Position numbers and translations under genes: made by a program. A stretch of 64,000 nucleotides of DNA from Macrostomum lignano (lineage: Eukaryota): contig NIVC01000166.1 of NCBI GenBank assembly GCA_002269645.1, positions 634,737 through 698,736 on the forward strand, given 5' to 3'. Below are positions 11,031 through 35,733 of this stretch, piece after piece (the first letter of the stretch is position 1; every line of letters starts with the position of its first letter). The notes under the pieces were generated by a model, which did not search any database, was not told the origin of the DNA, and saw only the letters and a list, made by a program, of their open reading frames with translations.

Positions 11031-12100
11031 TCACTGGCGTCGAATCATGCACTCAAAGCTCTTCATCGAGTAGTGCAGTGAAAATATTGGATTCGAACCA
11101 ACCAAATAATACATCCCACGACCATCAGCAAACGCAGCTGGCTTCAGATAAATTCCGTTGGGATTCATAGCGTTGCAATGACCGAACCACCAGCCAGCAG
11201 ACCTTGCCCAAGCGCAGCTGCCTCCAGCCCAAGCATCGTTGTCAAAATCCGGCGTGCTGAATTGATGGTTGTTGACTGACAAGTAGCGCTCCGTACGTTG
11301 CCCCACACTCGACCTGCTCGAATCCAGCGGTCCCATCGAGCACCTGTACTTGTCGGTCGCTGGACCTACAGAGAACGGAGCATACTCAGCCCAGTACCAG
11401 TTGTCATTCCAGTCGCTGAACTCCCACCGGACTCTCCACACTCCAGTGGCGGTGAGCTGGTGCAGCTGCTCCAGTCCCATCCAGTAGTTGAGACTCTCGC
11501 CCTGACCGAATCCGCTCGAGTACTCCGACCAGTTCCGGTTGAAGCTGATGGAGCCGTCGACTCTGTGCTGGAACGTCTGCCAGCAGCTGGAGTTCCTCAT
11601 CTGAATCGGGAATAAGCTGATATTGATGCAAGACGCATGGTCAATTTATTTTGATAAACAGGAAGTTCTGTGTCTAGATAAAGCATTTTGGAGCGAAAAC
11701 CGGCCTCGAATAAGTAAAGCGTCCTTCAATTCTCAGTTGTACAGGATGCGGTCAGCATTGAGTCTTTGGTGATATGAACCCTACTCACCCAGAGCTGAGG
11801 CAGGCTGGGGTTGATGCAGTTTCGGCACTTCCTGCAGCCCGAAGCTCCGCGGTTGCAAGCGAGCAGCTCGCAGACTCCCGAGTCGAACCTTGCCGCATCC
11901 GATTCGATTAGAGCAAGTTTTTCTAAGCACTCGACTAAGCCTCGAGTATTCTCTCTCTTTATTTGTTTGTACTCGCTTATATCGTCTCTCTGCGATACGA
12001 AGGTCCTTTCTTGAGCCACCGAACTACCCGTTATTGGAGTCCAAATGCCTGAGCTGGCAGTCAGAATTGCCAGCAAGCAGAGTTGCATTGGAGTCTGCAT
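11031..12100 (-). CDS. Secreted protein: signal peptide + Cys-rich PAN/apple-like module + fibrinogen C-terminal (FReD) domain, 293 aa
   Basis: Exons 12100-11789 and 11600-11031, joined by a phase-0 GT-AG intron. FReD motifs: FQHRVDGSISFNRNWSEYSSGFG, YWMGLEQLHQLT, FSTPDFDND, GSCA..AGWWFGHCNAMNPNG. Confidence 0.9.
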
Positions 12101-13360
12101 GATGGGTAGCGCCGAAGTTTTTAGCTGGCTTTCAATGCGATTTTAGCTAATTATATAGAGCAAAGTTTGGCGTTTTTTTCAATGTAATGCATTAGTAAAA
12201 AACGGATGCTCTTCCCCAGTTATAGGTGTTCTTCAGATTCCTAAATGTGTGCAATTAGCCCTGCAATCTCTTGATAAAAAACAAAACGCATTTTATCCAT
12301 TCTTTCTGTCTCTTTAGCCCCCGTGCCAGTTCCTGGAGTGAAATGGATGCTAATGGAAGCTGCAATACTTTTATTTCTGCTAACGACAGCTTAGGTTTAA
12401 CCTGCTACCAATGCCTCAACTTCCCAGTGTAGGAAACTTTTAGCTGGGTGAAACCATGCCAACAATAGAGTTCCATCAGCAAAACATCTAGTTTTGCTAA
12501 TGCATTCAAGCATAAAGAAAAGCTTTCTGAGTTAGCTAGTCTGTTTCTATGAGATGACGTTTCTGTGGAGGTTTCTTCTTTCCTTTCGTCAATTTCCTGC
12601 TAACAGCTAGCTGCAAGGTGTGAATTGCGGACTTCAAAGCAACAAAACAATAATTTCGATCTCATTAACAGTAATATATACGCGATAATATTAATCCATA
12701 ATGAATGAAATAAAATAAATATATTTGAATTAAAAATACAACAGACATGATCTTACACAATCTTATTCTACTCGTATTAATCGAAATTCTATAAACTTTG
12801 AAGCTAGGTTTTCGTAGAGTAGACACCTAAATATAAGTTATAAAGACAAACTTGGTTAATACACATTAAACTGATAGATGAATATAATAATTAATGGCAA
12901 TATTCATCATATGTACCTATATAAGTGTTTCACGCAGCAAATTACAAATAAAACTGCGAACTGAAAGCTAAAAATGAGAAAAATTAAAATATTCACCTAT
13001 TAGCAAAACTTAAAAAATACGCTTCGACCTAATCCAACATTTGTTATACTCGTATGTTGCATAATATTTTTGTTGTCTTTTTTCTCATAAAAATGTTGTA
13101 CTATAACCTGTAGCCATATTACGGAATTATAGCGCTATAAATCGTTGAATAGAATTTCTAAGGAAAAGATATTAACAAAATTTAGCTGCAAAAAAGCGTA
13201 GCGATCGATGCCTAAGCGCTGATTTGAACAGCTAATTATATCGGTAGTTAGTCTGAATTCATTAAATGGCTGGTTTTCAGTTTCATCAAGTATAGCTAGT
13301 TGGTTCTGTAGTAGCTATGCGGTTGAATTTCGATCCTTTGTCACGCAAAATTTGCGGCCT

Positions 13361-24601
<11,241 letters not shown>

Positions 24602-24730
24602 TTTCACTAATTTAGCGCAATTGTTCAGCTTTCAGGTCAGGTCAGGTCAAAATACGGCAGTCTAACAGTAAGGTAGCTTAGTGTAATGCAATGGATATAG
24701 TTATTAACAGTGAAAAAACTTGTAGAAACA

Positions 24731-25033
24731 TGTCAGGTATGTAGAATCGTGTCATGTATGTAGATTTGTGTCATGTATGTAGAATCGTGTCATGTATGTA
24801 GAATCATGTCATGTATGTAGATTTGTGTCATGTATGTAGAATCACGTCATGTATGTAGAATCACGTCATGTATGTAGAATCACGTCATGTATGTAGAATC
24901 TTGTCATGTATGTAGAATCATGTCATGTATGTAGAATCACGTCATGTATGTAGAATCACGTCATGTATGTAGAATCATGTCATATACGAGAATCATGTCA
25001 TGTATGTAGAATCGTGTCATGTATGTAGAATCA
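24731..25033. repeat. 19-bp minisatellite (TCATGTATGTAGAATCACG), about 15 units, just upstream of the synapsin start codon
   Basis: Directly visible periodicity. Confidence 0.95.
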
Positions 25034-28005
25034 CTGGTAGTAAAGGGATCTAGCACTAATTAGGGTGCCTCATCGTACCAATATTTAAGTTTGTAGTTTT
25101 TATTAATAAATTAGAAAATTCTAATCCTTCCTGGACTTCGGCAGTTCTTTCTCAGCTTAGCATGTATTTGGTTTGGGAGTTGGGCAAATGTTTGCAAAGA
25201 TAGTTTCACTTGACCACGGTTAAGTAAAAAGTAAATAAAATAATTTTCTAATTATTATTCTCTTCAACAAACTGAGTTGCTAAAGTACGCCTCTTTTTGC
25301 GAAATGTATTGTACAAAATAAGTTTGCTGTTTAGAAAGCATTGCGACTAGTAGTACCTCTGGTTTTTTCGGCTTTTTTGCAATAAAAAATAACACTTCAA
25401 TCACTCTATAAAACTAAATTTGTAAGCATATGCAGGATTTCACGCTGAGACATGCTGCTAAGAGCATGTTGGTCCTTGATATACTCGTAGCAAGATAAAA
25501 CATAGTGCCAGCAATTTTGCCCGAGATGAACTACGAGCTATAAGAAAACCTATGGCTACTTTTATGTAGCCTTGAATTTCACGAATAAACTTACAAGTGG
25601 ATGGATTTGGCATCTGAGCCATTGCAGTTCCGATCTACTCGTATCTTGGATGCAAAACGATAAAACTTGCTGTAGCAGACTTCTTGTACAGAGCTGAGTA
25701 TGAGTTCTCTATCAATGTGAACTGTTGCAAAAAAGCTGCTATAATGCCTGATGCGGCGGAGGCTGCGGGATCCCATTTAGCCTCAGCTACATCATCGGTC
25801 CGTCCGCAGCCTCCCATGCCGCTTCCCAGAAGATCGCGCTTGAGTGGTAGGGATGGGAGTTGCGCGTTACTCAGCGTCGGCCACTATTGGTTCTCCCTTT
25901 GGTCTGGACTGTCCTCTCCCTATTTTTCAATCGCCCCTATAGTCCTCAGCATGTGGCAGCCTGCCTATATTTCCCGCACAAATTAAACCAGAAGGGTGCC
26001 ACGCGTTTGTGTAGCAGAGTGGCGGTGGCCGGTCAGAGACGGTGGCTGCAGATTGCAAATTCAACTGATGACTCAAAGATGTTGAACGGGAATAATTGGC
26101 TCCTAATACAGAGTTCTTCTGTATTAGAGTCAGAGCTTTTCTGACAATGAGAAGCATGAAAGAAAGTTTAACTCACCTTTCTGTTAATTTTGACTCTGAA
26201 ATTCAATTTTCGTAATGGTATAAAGTCGATCCGAGGCAGGCAGAGACCTTTCCGGGAGCTGAATTTCTAATCAGTCGAATAGCTCCGGCCCTTGCGCTAG
26301 TTTTCCCCAAACAGAAAGTCTCTTTTTAGACTTCCTGAGCCCCTCATTGCGCCGTCTTCTGCTCAATTTTATTGGTTCTTCAGGAAGAGACGGACGAGGA
26401 GGGATGAGGGCAGCAGTCAACCCCGCAAATTTTGGGCGTGAAGATAGAGGCACAGCAGAACAGGGAAAAGAATGAAGGGATAGAAAGGGTCCGGAGCACA
26501 GGCTCCGTTCAATCTGCATCCCCCAGCCACCCGGGCTGCAGTCTCAAAAGGCCCGATATACCAGCTGTACTCTGCTGTGCAAGCCAGGCGATACGGCGAT
26601 GTCCAGAGACTGAAATCTATCCAGCCAGCCAGGCAGACTTCGCCTTCTCTTTCCCAGCGTCGCCTCCGCTGCCCTACGTAGGTTGCAGATAAATGGAGAA
26701 TTCCCGTTTTGTAACCAGAAAAAAACTGGATAGACTGCGACAGTTTAGAAAAATATGTTTTGATAGATTAACAAAACTGGTTCGTTGTCAACTGTTGCTC
26801 TTTTTAACAAAATGTTGCTCTGCATAGCACTCGAGTAGTATAATAGTTGAACATGTGTTTTTGTACTTTTCAGCGCAGTGTGGGAGGGGAGTGGCATGAG
26901 GGGGTGTGTCGTTGAGATAACATGATGCGTGGTGATAACAGTATGAATATTAACATTTCTGCACCAATCTCTGTGAAATATAATAAATATTGTAATTATG
27001 TATATACCACAGATTGCATTTGACAATTTTACCAATGGGCACTGGGCAAGAAAGCAACTTAGCTGGAGATCGGAACCTGATGCAAGAAAAAGTTGTCACG
27101 GTAATATTATCTGTACCAAAATATGCAATAGAAAAAAATAAAAAACAGATTTCAAATTTCCAGTATACATCATATTGTCCACTTAAAAAGCACAATCAAA
27201 TACTAACGTATCCTATGATGTTTTCACGATGCGGTTTCTTAACCAGAAGCATTAAAGACAAGAAGCAATATGACAACTGCTACATGAATTCTACAAGTGT
27301 ATTTTGATTACTCACAGGCAGTGCAGGAGGTGCTGCCGCTAACACCCTACCAGCAAGGACAGGCACGCACTCGGTGCTTTAACGACTGCCTGCTGGCTGA
27401 CACCCGCTATCCGGACTCGTTCAAAAGCGCATTCTTTGACGCTGCTCATGAGCCCTACTGACAGCGTATCCTGCTGATTCTGTTGCTGTTTCAGCTCCCC
27501 TAAAGTCAGTTTCATATTGAACTCTCTCTATCTTTGAGTTGAGCAGCTAGCTGAAATGTTATACTTCGCAAAATAGTTCTGATGCTTGAATCAGAAATGA
27601 CTGTATGAAAAGTCTCATAGTCAGCAAAAATAAAATAGGTTAGGATTTGTAATCATACCAATAATATACGATTCTCAGTATTTCTGACAATTCTGCCTTT
27701 AAAAAACATTTTGATTTCTTACGCATCGAATGAAAGCACACGGGCTGGTCAACATCAGCACGTGATGTTTAACCAAAATTGTTAAAGCTTAAATTAGTTT
27801 AAGCTCCCACATGATTTTCTGACACCTGACGCTAGACAGCTCCCATTAGCAGGTCTTGAAAAAGACACATCGAAGCTTTAAAAAGAGCTGCTAAATCAAA
27901 GGATTGCTTTTTAGCAGACCTTACAACACATTGTAAACATTGATTAACGACATGCTGTGCTCAGTACGACGCATGCAAGAGTCATTTATTCTTTGATTTT
28001 CTTCT

Positions 28006-29867
28006 TCAGACCAAGTCGTCCGTTATTTCTTGCAAGTTGTCGTATTGACTTTGACAGCGGACCAGGTTGCTTCCGTTTACAGCGACATTGGGCTGGCTGT
28101 CCCCATTCTCCCGTGTGTTTACCTGAAGCTGCTCACGCGCTGGATCCTGGTCATGTTGATGTTGATGCTGCGACGGTTGAATAGCATTGGATAGTTCCAG
28201 CATGTTCGCGTGATATGTGGTGGCTGCCGGGACGTGCAGACTGACGTTTTCTTGTATCTAAAAATATTCCAGTTTAATTAATCAAATAAAAATTAATGTG
28301 CTCCCTCTTACAGGAGATCTGCGTGGGACTTTGACTGCCTTCTCTCTCTCAAAAGACTGTCTGGGTGCCGCTTTTCGCTCTATTTTCGTCCCGTAGACAA
28401 TAAATTGTTGTTTAACGAAATATGAGCGTATGCTTTCGATAAATAATAACCATTATTCGGTGTTAAAGCAACTTGGGATTTGAAAATTTGATGTCTTTCA
28501 TCCCCAAGTGGCCTCTTTGCGAGCGTCCAGTATGTGCAGACGAATACTTGCATTGACCCTGTAACCATTTAGCAATCCAGTCAATTCCTAAGAGGGTCAG
28601 ATGCACTTCTAGTTTAAGAGCTTTCAGGGTGTTTTCTGTTAAACAATATAACATGACTGAAAGTTGACGCGCAGCTCTATTCAAGTCAAGTTCAATCAGA
28701 CTAGGACTATTGATGGGCCAGAAGCAATGTCAGCGTTTGTTTTAATAAACTGCTAGTCAATATGAATAAAATTTGTCAAAGGATTCATAATAAAATCAGA
28801 CGTCCCAACCTTGTGATGCTCTCCCTCGTTATAGATGACGCAGTAGGCGTGCAGGAAGACAATTGCACAGATCAGGATTAGGGACAATCCGCCACCTGCA
28901 GTGCCGACGCCAATCGACATGGTGACGCTGAAATCAACAGCTCAAACTACGAGTATGTTTGTCACTTTTATATGTTAGAAAGCGGCACTAAATGTGAGAC
29001 TATCGGACTCACCTGGTAATACTTTCCTCATCAGTTCTGCAATTAAAACTCTCCCCTGGGGTGCTACATCTAAAATTATTTCAATTCGTTTCAGACAATT
29101 GGGAGATGCAAATTTGATATGCTTTTCGTAGATTTTTATCAATTTTTATCAATCGCTATTGTCAAATCGAACACCAAAAGCATCAAATCATACGACTGAT
29201 GTACAACGTGAATGGTGTCCAAGCCGTGTGTGCACCAAAAACTATAGCCTCATTTCATGGCCCTGTGAGCGAGTCTCAACATCTCCAGCACTGTGAGTAG
29301 TATATGGAAGAAAATACGACTATAGTTTATGGATTGCACTTACAAGGACACCAGATACTTGTTAATCTGCAGCATGATAATCCCAACGAGAGTCAGTAAG
29401 ATGCCAGTGAGAGCCAGAGCGCCGCACAGGAGCTGCGGCAGGAGCCACAGTTTCGAGTGCAGCTGATAGGTGTCACCCAGACGAAAGCCATGCAGGTAGG
29501 GCACCTTTTCGCAGCGGGACATTGGCGGTGGCGCGAGCGGTTGAAACTGCAGGCCGGTGGCTGCAACCGCTGCGGAAGCCAGACGATCTGCCAGCGTTAC
29601 TCTCGGAGGCTCCTGACGTGGCCTTTCGGGCAGATGCACCGTGTGCATCTCAGGATTGTGCGGTACAACCTTTGGTTGAGTCAGCATTTCTAGGAGGCTG
29701 CGCTGCTGAGGCTGCTGATTGTGAGGCTGGTGATGCTGCCGCTGCAGTTGCGGCGGGTTCGGCGGCTTTTGTGGCGGCGGCAGAGACGGCAGGTCAGCGA
29801 GGCTCCTGCGAGCTACCGTGGCCGGCAGAGGCCGAAGCAGCACATTGGCGGAGCTACTCTGGACCAT
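28006..29867 (-). CDS. Orphan protein with a P/Q-rich N-terminus and two adjacent TM helices (about 292 aa)
   Basis: Exons 29867-29359, 28927-28810 and 28257-28006 join in frame (879 nt). TM1 LLCGALALTGILLTLVGIIML; TM2 IGVGTAGGGLSLILICAIVFL. The true start is uncertain. Confidence 0.7.
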
Positions 29868-30733
29868 CTTTAAATTGGGTTTTCAGCAGGAATTTCATAT
29901 CCCGTACAGTCGATTCAATGCGTCTAACGACTTGAACTTCCTCCTTAAATAAAATTTTAGACCGTTTTATTCCCATCACCCGTATGATCTTGTTAGTGCG
30001 TAGGGGAAGCGGTGATAAAAGGAAGTTTATGGCCGTAAATAAGGATGTAATATCGCATGATACTATTACTGTGGAAAGGAGAGGCGAGAGCTAGTAATTA
30101 TGTAAAGTCCGAATAATTGGAACTTGACATCGCATACACTAGAAACAAGCGGAAAATTAAAGAAGAATCACTTTTGAATTACAAATGAGCCTACTAAGTC
30201 TTAACGCGTTATTTGAGGCTGATTCATAGCTCATAATGCTCCTATGAAAGTTTTTTTAGAAATGCTAGGTACCTGTCTCTATAGTGCATTTTAAGATGTA
30301 TTTTAAGCGTCCTTCCACCTTAGCTATCTGTGATTTCCTACCAGCTCGTAAACCGGATAAACAATAAAACAGTACTGACCAGCAGCGGCCAGCAAGTCCT
30401 GCACTCCACCGCCGTCACTCGCATCTCATTGCTGTCGGCAACGAGCAATCCGCTGTCCTCCAGCTCTTCGAACTCCACGTCCGCCACCTCCAGCGCAGGA
30501 GCCGAATGCAGAAACTCGGCCGCGCCCTCCTCCAACACAGTGGCCTCCTCAAGCATCGTCGCGGTGTTCAGCGGAAGCAGCGAGTCCAAATTGACTTCCA
30601 CCAGATTGGCATCCGCCGCGGTCTCCTCCCAGCTGATGTCGGACGCGTCGGAGAAAGTCGATCCGGTGTCTTCGTCATCCTCGCTGTCTTGGACAATAAT
30701 AGCTCGAAACTCGCGTCGCTTCTGGGGCTCCAT
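29854..30733 (-). CDS. Acidic orphan ORF (MEPQKRREF..); either single-exon (30338-30733) or spliced 30733-30380 + 29943-29854
   Basis: GC-rich, coding-like D/E-rich ORF. A donor CTG|GTCAGT at 30379 and an acceptor TTTAAG|GAG at 29944 would add EEVQVVRRIESTVRDMKFLLKTQFKDGPE*. Confidence 0.5.
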
Positions 30734-32043
30734 CGTTCAGGCGAGTCCAGCTGCTAAATTTTCCCCTGTGCTTCGATCCTGCAGGACAGACTGCGGTGTC
30801 TGCATTGATGCGCAGCGGGGGTGGGAGCCGAAGCCGTGGCGACTTGACTTGCGGAAAGCGAAGTGCGCCAGTCGCTTTAATTTCTAGCCATTTTGCCTCC
30901 CAACCCCTCGCCGGACAGGATCTGTTTTTTTCGCTAAGCTCCGGCCGCTGTTCTTAACCAAATGTCCTTTTTTCAGCGCTGCTGCATGCAAATCTTTGTA
31001 GCATGTATGGCCGGAGTGGCCAAAACTGACTGAGAGACAGAAGCGAAACCGTTGGGGCAGAGAGACACTGCACCGTTGGAAGGAAGACGAGAGAGAGGCT
31101 AGTGATGAAGGAAGCTGCGTGGGGGCTGTCGGGCCCGTCACCCGGGCATTGGCGCAAATGTTTTTTGCATTCTTGTCCAACTTACAGAAGCAAATGTAGA
31201 AATATGGAAAGCTGTAAGAGAAAAGTGGGAGTCCTGCTGGGATGCAGCCTGGGGCTTTGTCGGAATGAGGATTTTGACAATTGTCAGTCAGAATTTGGTC
31301 AGCCGTTTTGTACTGCATTGCGCCAGCCAATTCTAGGGGCGCCTGTACAAAAAGTTGGTAAATTTCCAAGCTTAAAATTGCTGGTTTGGGCGCCGTTTCT
31401 CTTTCCATTGAAGCTTCCTATATCGCATAAAGTAAAAAAATTGTACTGAAAAACAGGTTGAACAACCGCAACGGTGGAATTCGACATCATCCAGACGTTT
31501 AGTAAGCTTGTCAAAGCGGATCTACGACTATCTTGCATAGACCTTCTTCGATTGTGATTTGCGTTTTTAAAAGATTTTTTTAAGTAATCGCCTATACCGG
31601 TACTGCAATAAAGTAAAATAGGACAGAACAAGTCTAAACTTCATTTACCGTACAGTCAGATGAAGGCCGCACATTCATGCCTGCAGCAGCCAATTTATTC
31701 AGTGCATGGCATATAGGCAGACAGTAAGAATGCTGGGGTGAAGAGCGGGCTGCCACCACCCCCTCCTCAAGCTCATGCAGCTCAGCCACCATGCGCACAA
31801 CTCCAGTCATTCAGCCCAATCTCTACCCCGTTTCTCTTGGTAACGAAAATGAGTTGCTGGCTGTGCACTGCAGGCATACAGACAGGCAGAGAAGAGAATA
31901 AATTCGCGCTAATAACATTAGCTAGTGGGGTCCAGAATGAAAGCAGTTTTACTCTTGCAGAAATCCAACAAGTCATATTAATTTTCCAGCTCGCGCGGTT
32001 AGGTAATCAGACTTTGTTTTACCATCAATCGGAGAGGCCCATC

Positions 32044-33813
32044 ATGCAGTCTCTAACTCCGGCCCAAGTGTCCGAGTATCAGGAAGCGTTCAAGCTGTTC
32101 GACAAGAACAACGACGGCAAGATCACCCCGGCCGAGCTTGGGGTTGCCATGCGCAATCTGGGACAGAATCCCACTGAGGCCGACATACAGGTGAGGCATG
32201 TGCTTTCGGTTGAACCTTATCTGCTCTAAAAACCTTACAATAACCACTCTGTACCCGTTTTACCTGCGTGTGTTTAAGTTTTTAGTGTAGTTTTAGTGTA
32301 ATATCTTAGTATAGTTATAACTAAGCCCACCGAGTACTCTGTTCGAGGTACATTATTGCTCAATTCATTTCATTGAGTATGAGAATATCTATGAGTCTTA
32401 CAGCGTACTTGAAGACATTCTGGACATTTCTGTCTTGCGCCTTTGTAAGACATCGCCGCCGATAGAAATTTAACGAAGAGGCGAAGATACGCTCGTAATT
32501 ACGAGGTAAGCACGCGAACCGACGGCTAAAGGCCGCGACCGACAGAATCTTCTTCCCTGGTTGGGCGCCTGCTGCGCCAGCATCCCTTCCATCGCTTCAT
32601 CAGATATCGCTTCGCTTCTTAAATGACGTATTGACTTCCGGCCTAACAGCCAGCAGGAGATTGCGACAATTCAACAGTTCTGTCGACGCACCCGTTGCCA
32701 ATTTCAAGGTCTTGTGTTCACGTCAAACAAATATTGAAGGTTAATAGTTGGGAACCTGTGTAGTTTATAGCCTAACAAATGCACACTGTACTTGTACGAG
32801 GATTATCAAATTGCTTTTGCTAATTCGGCAACGTGCACAGCGTCAAAAATGTATTGCAATTTGGCAGTTAGCCTAATATATGCTATATACTCATAGGCGT
32901 AGGAACGTTTCAAAAAGTAAGATTTTTTATATGGAAAATGCACATTATCATGTATCCAGGCGCGTCGCCATGGATTTTATCGTGGGGGGGGACAAAGCCA
33001 AGAATTCTAAATTACATGTACACGGCGAAATTTCTACACATACATTATTTTCAGAATCGGTGTTGTCAGCACTCATTTTAGCGCCGCAGACACCATTTTA
33101 GCGCCGCAGGCACTCATTTTAGCCCCGCGGGCACTTATTTTAGCCCCACAGGGACTCATTTTAGCGCCGCAGGCACTCATTTTAGCGCCGCAGGCACTCA
33201 TTTTAGCGCCGCAGGCACTCATTATGGCGCGCTGCAGGCGCTATTTTTTTGTCGCTCTGCAGCAAAATGCATTCATGCAAAGCAGCAAAAATCAAAAATA
33301 GGCAAAAAGTCTACATTTTACATTTAAAATGTGGAGGGGCCAGATACCATTACTGGCCCTTGCATTTTAAAAAGTGGGGGGCCATGGCCCCACTGTCAGT
33401 TCTGGGTCGTGTGACCACACAGCCTATCTAAGCAGCGGTTAGAAACCCAGAAAATTACCTTTATATATTGTTAAAACACTTTTTCGAACAAACTTCAATT
33501 TCAGAAAATGATTAGCGACGTCGATCACAAGAAAAAGGGCTACGTTGAATTTGAAGAGTTCGTAGAAATGATGGAGAAGAAGAAGCGCGAAACCGACACG
33601 GAACAGGAGCTGAGAAAGGTGTTCAAAATCTTTGACAAGAACAATGACGGCAAAATCAGCTCCGAGGAGCTGCGCTACGTTATGAACAGCCTGGGCGAGA
33701 ATCTGACGGAGAGCGACGTTAATGAGATGATCCGGCAAGCGGACAAAAATCAGGATGGCTTTGTGGACTTTCAGGAGTTCAAACTGCTGATGGACACATT
33801 GGGTGGGATTTGA
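32044..33813 (+). CDS. Calmodulin-like four-EF-hand protein, 151 aa
   Basis: Exons 32044-32190 and 33505-33813 (phase 0). [25 protein letters not shown] and [24 protein letters not shown] follow the calmodulin fold, but the sequence is far from canonical CaM. Confidence 0.93.
33070..33240. repeat. 21-bp minisatellite (ACTCATTTTAGCGCCGCAGGC), about 8 units, in the calmodulin-like intron
   Basis: Directly visible periodicity. Confidence 0.9.
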
Positions 33814-35434
33814 ATCGCTCTCAGAAGAGCATCTGACGGCTACAGATAGGCGATTATAAATTTTGTGCCTGAAGGCAAGAGCTGTTAAAAGTACATGTAC
33901 AAAACTGCAGAAATAAGGCCACGGGAGCGGACATTCCAGTCACCCACAATTTCTCTTTAGCACCCAGCAGTTCCATGATGGTAGTCAGTACGCTTTCCAT
34001 GTTTTCCTTGTTGCAGTCCCAGACTCCCTGATCCCATCATGTGATGGGACACATTTCCACACCCTCCCGTGGGATTCTCTGAGTTAAAACCAAGCTACCG
34101 CGGAAAGCTCTGTATTTGTTTACAGTTTTATCTGTCAACTGTCATCTGTGAATCTCGTTTTGCATAGTTAATTTGATTTATATTGGCAAAAACATTTTCT
34201 GTATCTTCTCTGTACCATTTAAACTAATGTGAGTAAATTTGTACTTTTCAGCTTTATAAAATCAGTTTGTAAAATTTGCGATGCAATCAATTTCATTCGT
34301 GGTGGGAAGAATTGCCTGTTTACTTGCATGGTCTTTTATTGTTAATAATTGTATTTTTTTAAAATATTTTTTCTGCTTCTATCAACATTGTTGTGCCATA
34401 TAAATAGAAATGATCTTATTCATGCAGTCAATATAACGTCAGTAGTTGCTTGTGGACAAAAGGTAAATTAAGAAATAGTGCTGTTTTTTTTATCTGTTTT
34501 AATTGTTGTGCAAGCAATTCAATCAGACACACTTACGACTTTAATTAGTAACATGCATCGGCGGTACGGGGGCCTCAGCCCAGCGATCCAGCGCGGCGCT
34601 CTGATGTACCAGCGGCCCAGGCTCGATTCAAAGTGCAGTCACATTGATTTAGGGCTAAATTGGAATCTCGGCTTGGCTCTGCTCGTGCATTTAACGCCCT
34701 TGAGGGCCAACCCCCAAGGCACAGGGAAGTTTACATGCTGAATGATAAATAAAGTTAGGGCCGCCTGTGCGTTGTATGACTGCGTACGTATCCGCGCGCT
34801 TGTGTGCCTGCTCAGGGGAGTCGGCGGAATGGGCAGTAATGCCTCTCGCCGGTTGTGTGCCTATGTCGCTTAAAGTGCACCAGGGTGCACACAGCCCTCA
34901 CAGCTGCCTCTGACAAAAACAATATGCATCTGCTTTGATTCTAATCCATTTCGTATTTGAAGATGCGTACAGCTATCATTAAGCCCTCTATAATCAAGGT
35001 ATTCATAAGTCTTGCTCACCATCTGCTCCGCAGTTTCTCGTCAAAACACGAGCAGCAGATACGTTATTACAATTTTTGGAATTGGCGGATATTTCTACAG
35101 TTTTGAATTTCTAATTTTGAATGCCTGTAAGCTTAATTTGGCTGCTGATGCTTGTTAAGATCAGCCGCCCAGTATAGCAGTTTAAGTTTTTTCTCACAAC
35201 AATTTTTGGGTACAAACGCAGCAAACAAGCTAAGCTTGCGTCTGGCATAAAAGTGTTGCCAGCGGTTTTACTGCGCACTAGGAGTTTCGAAAACCGGGCA
35301 CTGTGTTTTTTAGTAAAAAGCGAGTAACAACTTCTTTTTTAAGGCGGGCTGGTCCCGGTGATATTCTAGATTTCTAGTATAACTTACTTATAGTAGTATT
35401 TACTACAACATTTTTATTTGCGAATTTGTGTTTG

Positions 35435-35733
35435 AAGCCTTGTGGTCCGAGCGTCGGACTCACGACTGAAAGGTTTGAAGTCCGATTCTCGGCCCACTCG
35501 AAAATAATTGTGTCCTTGAGCAAGACACTCAACTCTGCATTGCTTCAGTTTACCCAGCTGATTTTATGGGTGCCAGCATTGTCCGGGGTAATTGAGGGTG
35601 TGTGTGTGGCGACCCCCAGTCCTTGGATTAAACAGCCGCACGCAGACTTCAGATTCGCCATGCAATAGCTGCGGCTGAGCTGTCGGTTGCACATCTGGCC
35701 CAATTGGGGCAGGTGTAATCAATTATTATTATT
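35435..35733 (+). mobile_element. tRNA-derived CORE-type SINE, copy 3 (full length, ends in (ATT)n)
   Basis: tRNA-like head, GTGTCCTTGAGCAAGACACTCAAC..CTTCAGTTTACCCAGCTG..ATGGGTGCCAGC core, shared 3' tail, then ATTATTATTATT. Confidence 0.88.

Noticed and set aside
25591-27500. Short ORFs upstream of synapsin
   Set aside because: No protein motifs. Minus-strand donor-like sites near 26175 and 27315 hint at non-coding 5' exons, but these cannot be supported without transcripts.
30884-31631. Overlapping 110-174 aa ORFs between the divergently oriented genes
   Set aside because: No recognisable motifs and ORFs on both strands; more likely promoter or UTR sequence.
31738-32043. In-frame upstream extension of the calmodulin-like ORF
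   Set aside because: It starts at GTG and has non-coding composition; the ATG at 32044 gives a normal CaM-sized protein.
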